Part shown: positions 54,297 through 64,000 of the stretch, piece after piece | Layout: every line of letters begins with the position of its first letter | How positions within the stretch are numbered: the stretch's first letter is position 1 | DNA from: Eledone cirrhosa | Taxonomy: Eukaryota | Assembly (NCBI GenBank): GCA_964016885.1 | Contig: OZ024745.1 | Coordinates: 51,584,001 to 51,648,000 of the forward strand | Reading direction: 5' to 3' | DNA: 64,000 nucleotides | The notes under the pieces: generated by a model | The model's database searches: none | What the model was told of the DNA's origin: nothing | What the model saw: the letters and a program-made list of their open reading frames with translations, nothing else | Position numbers and translations under genes: made by a program

Positions 54297-54550
54297 ATTC
54301 CTTTCAACTAAACTGTATCCATTCAAATCTTTCTATTTTTCTCCGGATTACTTTTGGAACTACAACTGGAACCGTCGAGCAAACTCTACGTGAGCTGATA
54401 ATCTACTGTGTGTAATATTTATATTACAACACAACGGAAAATACTGTATATATATATATGTATGTAAATGGTAAACATAAATAACTACACAATCGTTACA
54501 GCATATGAAAGGTATATACTAGGTTAACGCTTGATATAGCAGGAAGAGGG

Positions 54551-54586
54551 TCTTAACATTACGGACGCTAGCCCTTCATCAGAAGA
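54551..54586 (-). ncRNA. Decayed minimal hammerhead
   Basis: Reverse complement TCTT-CTGATGA-A-GGGC TAGC GTCC-GTAA-TG-TT-AAGA (GAAA changed to GTAA). Confidence 0.55.
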
Positions 54587-54747
54587 AAGAGTGAGAAATA
54601 ATATAGTTTGAGGGGACGGGTGGGATGAAATCGGCAAAAAATGTTTTTAGATAAAATTAACAGCTCCATTCATGTTGACATCCCTTGCAAAACTGTAGCG
54701 GCTGGCGTTTTGTGTATGATTTGTTTCTTAGAAAAGTGGATGATGTA

Positions 54748-55012
<265 letters not shown>

Positions 55013-55384
55013 AATGTAAATAAAAGGTGAAGATCTGTGCGTAATTATCTCATTGCTCACGATCGTATCAGAAGAACAATTGATCATGATTAATCGATAT
55101 ATTAACTAACTGATACGGGGTTATGCCATCTTATATTTTTAGGCTCGATACTCCAGATCTAATAACCTTTATTTGCGATGTGGAAACGCATTAATTGTAT
55201 ATGTGTACCGAGAAATATAAATAATGATAAAATATAGAAGAATGAAATGGGATCAAAGAAGAGGAATGTGCGTAGTAAACAAAGTAGAAAAAATAATAAT
55301 AAGTAGAAAAACTAAATAGAAAAATAAGATAATCAAATAAATAATAATATAACGAATAAGAAGAAAACGCAGCAATTTAAATAT

Positions 55385-55605
55385 AATTGTTTCTACTTTT
55401 GGCACAAGGCCAGCAATTACCCAGTGCATTATTGGTACTTTATTTTATTTACCCCGTAAGGATGAAAGGCAAATTTAACATCGGCGGTATTTGAACTCAG
55501 GATGACAAGCGCCGTAACTCTATGCGTCAAAGCATGGCGTCCGAAAATATAATTGTTTCTACTTTTGGCAAAAGGCCAGCAATTAAACCAGTGTATTACT
55601 GGTTT
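55385..55605 (-). mobile_element. SINE copy plus duplicated SINE tail
   Basis: Reverse complement of core 55385-55545; tail repeated 55546-55605. Confidence 0.8.
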
Positions 55606-55857
55606 TATTCAAAGACTGCATCCGGTTTTGAATGAATATTAATGTTTCTTTACGTGACCGAAATTATTGCCGCAGAAAGCATGTGAATATTTATATCGAT
55701 CAATAAATGACTGGATCCGGAGTGTAGGAACAGCATTTCTGGTTGTCTTCATTCACCTTTATTGTTCAAAAGTTTCCCAATTTGTCCGACATTCAAAGAG
55801 ATATTACTGATTTAAAACATTACCAGTATATCCTTGCACACTCGTCAATATCCTTGT

Positions 55858-56567
55858 GATTTGTCAATATCCTTGCGTTAATCATTTTGTTTCAGCTAAT
55901 TCTATAGTTGTTGTTGCTTTTTTTCGGTTTGAAGATGTCGAAAACATAATCAATACTATAAAACGGAAGCTTGATTGCATAGTGATGCAATAAATCATCT
56001 ACAGAATGTTACAATAATGAAACCCAAATATTTTGTGCTAGAAATGTTGATAGAAATGTTAGCCTTATCTAATTATATAATCCTGACTTTCGGTTTTGTC
56101 AAAATCATTATATGGCTATTATAAAATTTCACTAGAACGTTACTTCCAAATACATAGACCATAAACTCCATACTTGATTATGTTTATATGCATGTATATC
56201 CATATATTTATGTGAACATACGTTTAGAGATGTCACATGTCTAAATATGAAAGCGTTTTAAATAGGTGTGTTTTTGATTGATGCAAATAATGTTTTGCGT
56301 ACAAGTAATTGCGAACGTAAAGAAATATGCATGGTCTTTACGCGTGCAAACCTAAACGAAACCTGAGCTAGAATAATAATTAAGCACAAATATCGATTTT
56401 CTTTTTACCTATAAATATTGCATTTGTGTCCTGTTTTACAAATGTTGAGGGTAAATGAGTTTGTACTATTTATTGATTATGTTTTCGACATCTTCAAACC
56501 GGAAAAAAAAACAACAACTATAGAATTAGCTGAGACAACATGATTAACGCAAGGATATTGACAAATC
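55858..56567. mobile_element. MITE/foldback-like element with ~97-bp inverted repeats
   Basis: 55858-55955 is the imperfect reverse complement of 56471-56567; AT-rich non-coding interior. Confidence 0.65.
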
Positions 56568-57415
56568 GAAATATCTTATGAATTAAAGTTAGTTTTAATT
56601 AACAATAAACACATTTTCTTTTGTCATCAGTGAACATTACATTTCAAAGTTGATACGACTTTAAAAATGACCACCACATTGATTCATGTCAATAAAGGGC
56701 TGCGAAGTGTATTATATTTATAATGCAATAATATTTCCTGATTGATCATAAATGTTTTTTCTAAAATTCATACTAATCACATTAGTTATAATAACGTAAC
56801 TGTTTATATATATATATATGGGGTGATCATTTGTTTGAAGCATTGTAGAATATGAAACTGAAAAGTGGTGTTTAGAAAGCCATACCTTTCACGTAGGTTG
56901 GAATTACCGAGGTAACAATTTTGAAGAGTATTGAAAAGGTTGGGTTAGAAAGCTTTTAACGATCTCTAACATTTTGGAATAGCTTTCACCTCTAGGTATA
57001 TATGTGTGCGTGTATGTGTTTTTGTGTGAATGTGTTCTTATGTGTTCAAGTATGTATATGAGGTTGATGTATCCTATATATGTTTGTGTGCATATGTACA
57101 TACACATAAACGCCTAAATACATTATCAACAAGCCTGCAACTTTCACTGCATATTCTGATTAACTCATGTGTGCGCTGAACAAAAATTACAAAGCCAACA
57201 GACCTTCAACATTATCATGGTCGAACAAAACTCAGAACGTCCATAACATAACAGCATACACACCCATACAAACACACATCATTCTTCTATATTTCCTTTT
57301 AATTCCTCAATGTATGAATTACATTCTGACATGTTTACGGGGGAAATAAAACATCTTCCCGTTTTCTTTATTTTGTTCCTCTTTGTGTTTAATTTATTCT
57401 CCTAGCTCTCGTTCC

Positions 57416-57452
57416 ATCTTCTGATAAAGAATATCCTTTGAAATGTTAAGAT
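57416..57452 (+). ncRNA. Decayed minimal hammerhead
   Basis: ATCTT-CTGATAA-AGAATATCCTTT-GAAA-TG-TT-AAGAT. Stem I intact; core CTGATGA changed to CTGATAA. Confidence 0.4.
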
Positions 57453-58829
57453 AATAATACCTGGGCGTCTCTAATGGATACATAAACCTGGGGGAAGGGC
57501 TCAGACAATCAAAGAAATATCACCATTTTTTGTATACTAATCAACCCCTGTCGTTTCCATGGCAAAATTATTTCAATATCAGTTATGTGAGTATTTAACA
57601 AGGCAAAACGTTGAAAAATTGATCAAGTTTTATACGTAATTCTGCTTCCTTTCAAAAGTTATAGAAAAGAAAAAAACCGTGAGGCTGAACGCGTTCTCAA
57701 AGCGCCCTTCCCCTTAGGTACAATAGTGTTAAATACCACACACGCGTGTAGATCAGTATTATCTTGAAAATGATAATATCTGATATGTGGCATTCTTTTC
57801 AAAACGGATATCTTAGCTTTTTTTTGTTAAAATTCTTAACATTAATGTTTTAATGCTTTATTATTGTTTTTTTTCTATCACTATTATAATTATTAGTATT
57901 GTCTTCAGCCTCGTTGTTACGTTATAGTGTTCCCATAAATAAAGTAATGGGTAATGAATAACCTGATTATATATTGCCGAACATCTGTATGGTTGAACGT
58001 ACATCAAACAACACTAAAGATAAATGAAAAGAAACTACGTAACATTGTTAGATATCTTCCTTTCTGTTTTACCTAGACCCCATTAAGGCGACTTCCGTGT
58101 TCTGAATCTCACAGAAATATTCTCAATAAGATAGAGACATAGGATTAAAATATGATAATTGAAAATTAATTTAAAAAAAAATATTTTGTTTTATTATATT
58201 ATGTGTTTTGTACTCATTTACAGAACATAAATAGTAACGAACACAAAGTAACATTAAGATGTAACTATTAAAATAATCAAGCGGAAAATTGTATTCTCTT
58301 TTTAAATGCCACTTCATAATTCCCTAGAGCAATATACATGTTTTGTAATGGCAGAGTTTCTTGAAAACGTGAATAAAAATTATTTTGCAACAAAAAGATT
58401 ATTTTGTATGATTACACTTATGCATTATTTAATATTATCAAATTTAATTGTTTCTATAGGAATTTTTTCAAGAAGAATATAATGCAATATATATTTTTTT
58501 ATATAAATTAATCAAAATACTATTTTGTTTTAGATTATATCATAAAAGAGCTAAACAAAGATATAAAATTATTAAATTTTCCTGAGTATCATTTGCAAAA
58601 AGTCTTAAGAAATATGTTTATAAACGAAGACAAAGGAAATAAATTCGGATGTAGATGTGGGGTTCGTTAACGAGTATGATTTTGACAATTAAACCTACCT
58701 CATTTTCTGATGACTGAATGCAAAAGGTTACACATTACTAAACCGGCTCATGCAATGTTTGAACTTATTCCAGCCACTCGCCTTTTAAAACTTGTCAACA
58801 ATGCCTAGTGATAAGTGAACTTTTCCGCA

Positions 58830-60470
58830 AGCTCCAGTGGACCTCCACTCACAAATATATTGTCATCTGCAAACATTTTTGAGATGACGAGGATATCAGA
58901 CTCCGCAGCACTGATTTTCAATCCTGTTATACAGCACTCGGCATCAAACGAATCAAATGCAAGTCGGTATCAGCTTCTGACGAGATAATTAAAACCATGA
59001 CGTCCGCAAATACCAACCTACTGATTCTACATTCTCTAGTCGTGACACCAATCTCATCCCGGCTGCGCGTGTCAATCCTGTCCATGACAATTATGAACAG
59101 CAATTGACAAAACCCACCATTAGGGGAATCAGGATCCCATATCAATGGTTTTGACTTAGCACCATTTATCCGAACACAAATACAAGGGAATTCATTCAGG
59201 GATATCAGGGTACCAAGAAGCTGTTCGTCGTTTCCATACTTCTACAGAACCTTACACAGAATGTCTCTTTGTATCCTAGAAAGCTCCAATATACATATTG
59301 GCAGTACTCCCACAATTTCTCAAAGAACTGCCTCAGTGTGAATATTTGGTTGGCTGTGCTGCTAACGGGAGAAAAATCACTCTCTACGGCAATTATCTTG
59401 GTCTCGTTAGTATTTGTACATCTCTTTTAATATACACTTTATATACATTTAACCACTCCAGCGGCCTTACAACATTTCTGCACTTTCATTGCAATTTTAA
59501 CCTCAGTCTCCGAGAGATTAGGCATCGCTCCCAGATGCATGCCGTGTTAATCGGAAGATGCTCTTGTGGTGGGTTTTAGGAGATCCGCAAATTGTTTTCT
59601 TCACTTCATGATAATGCACCTCTCCGAAGAGAGGAGAATCCCAGCCACATTCCTGGTAATATGTACGAAGGAGACATTCTTATTACATTGTTGGGAGACA
59701 GTCTACCAAATACTTTATTTGTTCATCTGAAGTCTGATTACAGCTTAACCCCATAATCCCCCGCTGGACGCTTTTACTGTCTTTGGTACGAAGTTTTGCG
59801 CCTGCTGGTACCTCAAGTGTAAGAAGGAGGACTTATTTCCAAACCAAGCTTTGTTAGTTTCCTCCTTTCTCAGATTGCATATTTGACCTCTTGATAGAAT
59901 CAAGGAGTACGCCTGATACGCGGCGTCAGACCAAGTTGTTAATACTAGAGAGTCCATTGCACGAATAGAAGTCTAATACGCATCTCCATAAGTGCTTAGT
60001 CGGGATCGTTCTTCCATCCAATCCATTCTTACCATGTCAGATAGTCATTACAACTTGTGTATTGTAGTCTTCCCTTAGTATATATGAGTGAATCCTTACT
60101 ATTTCTAACGCTTCAGTGATTTCATAAAAAAATGGTCTGTTATCTCACTCTCTGTCTGACGCATAGGATGCAGCACACTTATATACCTTTTTACAGCCTA
60201 ATCTTAATGAAGCGAATCCTCCCTTCCAACAAGATTTAGTTCATTACACATTCCGACAGCCGGAGCCTTGGGAATATCCCTACTACCCCTCCCCACCTGT
60301 GCTCTCATTTCTGTTTCGACACTTGAATATTGGAGTTTAAATCTTCCATCCAATTCTACAATTCCAGAGCCACGCAACTCTGTTGAGAAAACACCGACTA
60401 TATCTAGCCGGTACCATTTTGCCTACTTGACATGTTTTTTAGGATTGAACATTTCATGTTTCTAATTGTC
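58830..60470 (-). mobile_element. Old degraded RTE-like LINE (APE to RT remnants)
   Basis: LLFIIVMDRI...ISRLVFADVMVLI (RT) near 59000; APE remnant RYRLDIVGVFST..RGSGIVEL near 60350-60420. Confidence 0.7.
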
Positions 60471-62769
60471 AAAGATTGCTCCCTGTCGGACTTTATTTGG
60501 TGACCCGGAATACATAATATTTTTGCGCTCATCTCACCGCTCCACAAGCATACTACCAGCTATAGCAGCGTTGAATGGAGACTGATATATTTTTCGAATT
60601 AGCTCCTAGTTATCCCGCAGGACGGACGATGCAGTAGGATTGCCTTTAATATTGTTAGCATTATTGCATTTCTTTGGTGGTGCTATTCTCACCAGTCAGC
60701 AATCTGCTACTTTTCTCAGATCCGCGAAGTCTAGGCTGCTTTAGAGAGATCCATTACCCGCTTCCGTGTAGCATTGTGAGAGTTTTCCTGGGAGCTCACA
60801 GTGTCACACATTGCCTCATCTCTCCTAATACATTATCACTGATGATCCGCGGTTGCTTATTCGTCCACTAGGAGCCCACTTATATTTCAACAAACAATCC
60901 TATTTGTTGGCTGTATCACTATCTGCTACGTGCACCCCAGTCTCTAGAAGAACAGCAATATATCTATATGAAGGCATATTAATTCAATTTTTCCCCACTC
61001 GATAGTTTGGTTAGATATGTATAATATTATCCTTGAAGATGTTATTCATTTCTGGTAATTCGTATTTACTAGGTATGTAAATTAGCTTTACAAAGTTAAA
61101 TTGTTAATAAATTTGATTACATTGATTTGTGTCACAGCCTACGATATAGAATTGGACTCCTAACCCAATACAATTTTAAATGACATTATAGAAAGTTTCA
61201 CTTACGTTAGTAGACAATATATGAATTAAAATTAGCATTGACATATGTTTAGAAAAGGCGATTTCTAAACATTAGAAAACTTTAGCGATAATTTCATGTT
61301 TAGTAAGTTTTATTTCGTTGCATGCAATACTATCCAACACTTTCCTTTTGAGTGTAACGTCAATCGAAATGTTTGTGTTGATCTAATAGTTATACATTTT
61401 AAGTGAAATATATATTTAATATAAATATACAATGTAAAAAGGAATATCTCTTTAATCATAAAGAAATAAAAAGCATTAATATAATGTAAAAACATGTCTG
61501 CAAGAATCAACATCGATCCAATACTCTGGAAATTTGTTATTGCTATAGCTAATGTGCATCAGATATTTTGTATTTAGTTTTTCTTTTCGAAAACTTGCAA
61601 TATTTGTAATATCGCAAATATAAGATCAAATACTTTCAGATTAAAATGGGTTTTACTAGAAACAACATTTCCACTATTGCTTCTGCTAAGTTGCATTCCA
61701 ATTAGAGTTTGATGCATATGAGATTTGGAAGTTTCCCAAAAGCCTAAAAGGAATAGCTTGTTAGCCAAATCAGATATCAAAGAAATAGTTCCATATCGGA
61801 GGTAAAATCTTGATAAAAGAAACCGTGCTCTAACTCTGGAAGTTTACTTAATAAAATTAGAAACTTACATGAGGTTTTCTAATATATATCTCGTGTTACT
61901 TTACTGTACATTATTTGCTTCAATTCCTTAGTAATACCATGATTATACGTATATGCTGTTTCATTAATATTCAGAAATGTGTTCAATATCAATTCATGTG
62001 CAGTACATTTAGGCATTTTATTGTCAACAGAATAATTGCAAATTATTCTTTGTTATGCTCAAGAAAACTCTATATGGCCAATGTTATGCGTAAAATTAGT
62101 ATAAATGAGAAAATTATCTGGACGTAATCGGTTCATGAGAAGACAAAAAGGGACTATTGAGAATCTAAATATTTTTAGTTTAGTTTAAATGGCAGTCCGT
62201 ACACGAATTATTTCTCGCCGCCGTTTTTCACAATAATCGAATTAAAATTATATTTCTATGCGTTGACGTATTCATGCAATATATCCATTATATAGTTCTC
62301 AGAGTTCTCGCAGGCAGCATAAAACCCTAATATACAACCAATTAAAATAATTGAAACATTATTCTCCACGTTTAATTCATAATTTAATTAGATGCTGTAA
62401 ATACAACGAAGTTTAAAAAGGATATGTCTGAAACCCTATTCGAAGATACATGTTACTATAACTTAATACTAATGCATATTAATAATTAAAAGTATATGCT
62501 TTATTGATAATTATACATATATTTTCTACAAATTAGTTCAATGGAATAAAAATCTATGTAATGATTCCTTCGGGGCCAGAAATATTATCGTAAAAGTAGC
62601 CTCTCTAGTTTTGACTGCATCCTCCCTCCGTTGGATAACTAGGGGCCTGTTCGAAAAAAATATACCACAGTCTCCATCCAAGACTGCTATAGCTGGCGAT
62701 GTGCTTGTGAACTGTTGATGGAGGTGTGAAATGAACACAGAAATGCTACATATTCCGAGTCACCAAATG

Positions 62770-63390
62770 GAGCAATCTTTGACAATTGGAAACTTGAACT
62801 TTAGAACCCATACAGGTAAGTAGAAACAGGTGGGTTGGCAATATCGTATCGGCTAGATACAGTCGGTGGTATCTCAACAGAGTTCCGTGGCTCTGGAATT
62901 GTAGATTTGGATGGATGATGGAAATTTAGGTTCCGAACCAGAAATGACAGCACAGGTGGCAGGGGAGTAGGGATATTTCCAAGGGTCCGGCTGTCGGAAT
63001 GTGTAATGAACTAGATCCTGTTGGAAGGGAGGATTTGCTTCATTAAGAATAGGCTGTAAAAAGGTCTATAAGTGTGCTGAATCCTATCCGTCAGACAGAG
63101 AGTGAGAATACAGACCATTTTTGAAGAAGTCACTGCAACGTTAAATGTAGTTACGATTGACTCGTATATCCTAAGGGAAGACTACAATACACAAGTTGGC
63201 ACTAACTACCTGATATGGTAAGGAGGGAAAGAAGAGAGATCACGTTCTAAATACATTTGGAGCGGTGTATTATACTTTTTTTCTAGCAATGGGCTCTCTA
63301 TTATTAACACCTTGGTTTGACTACGCATGGCAGGCGTACACCTTGATTAGATCAAGAGGTCAAAGATGAAATATGAGAAAGGAGGCTAAC
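62770..63390 (+). mobile_element. Degraded RTE-like APE fragment, same family as 59840-60420 in opposite orientation
   Basis: GGCTAGATACAGTCGGTGGTATCTCAACAGAGTTCCGTGGCTCTGGAATTGTAG and downstream segments match the reverse complement of 59840-60420. Confidence 0.72.
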
Positions 63391-64000
63391 ATATAGAGTT
63401 ATACGGAGGGGGGAACTTTACGAGTCTATATTTTACCAGGAAATTTACAGGTTCTTCTAAATATCTATTAGGATGCATAATATATTCCTACTAATTAGCT
63501 TCTTTCGTCTGCCCCAACGTATAATATGTAGAGGAGATTTGTGCTTGTTTTAATCAATCTCAATACAAAATTGGTAGTTATTTATCCAGTTTCCAACAAT
63601 ATAGAAAACGAATCTGTCTAGATCTCACCCGGGGATAAAGAAAATAATATTGCTAACTGATGCAAATCTGTTGAACGAGGATTCATATTATTTCTAAACC
63701 AATGCCGTTCTTGTATAACCATACAACTCTGAGAAAACATTAACAGCATTTACCATTCTAGTAAATGATATAATAGCGTTTGCATTGGTTGTGGTGTTGG
63801 TAGTGGTACTGTTAATGTTATTAGTGTCAGTGCTTTTGCTACTACTACTGCTGTAAATATACATAATACTAATAACATCACCACACGAAATACTAAACGG
63901 CAGGAATGTATCATTTTGATATTCAGTCTACTGCACGATGTTCATGAAGGTCCATATCAATGAAATGATAATCATAAAAGATTAAACGGAAGGAAAATAA

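Overview
Eukaryotic, AT-rich, microsatellite-dense intergenic DNA. The SINE family and repeat landscape suggest an octopod cephalopod (inference). No intact host gene was found. The window is almost entirely retroelements that partition by microsatellite target. (TAA/TTA)n tracts carry three long Tx1/L1-clade LINEs (one chimeric), several R4/Dong-type RLE LINEs and tRNA-derived SINEs whose 3' tail resembles the Tx1 3' end. (TA)n tracts carry Penelope-like GIY-YIG element 3' ends, an RTE LINE and several non-coding insertions. The most interesting signal is these non-coding insertions: three different tandem units (469, 524 and ~625 bp) plus a fourth shorter family. Two units contain clear type I hammerhead ribozymes and two contain atypical candidates. 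Each insertion consists of two divergent arms whose 3' ends both run into the flanking (TA)n, at different phases of the unit. This fits retrozyme-like circular or multimeric RNAs reverse-transcribed from both ends of a break in (TA)n, possibly by the co-resident Penelope-like machinery (inference). About a dozen hammerhead or hammerhead-relic motifs were read by eye. Coordinates are approximate to a few bases and all folds are manual, not computed.
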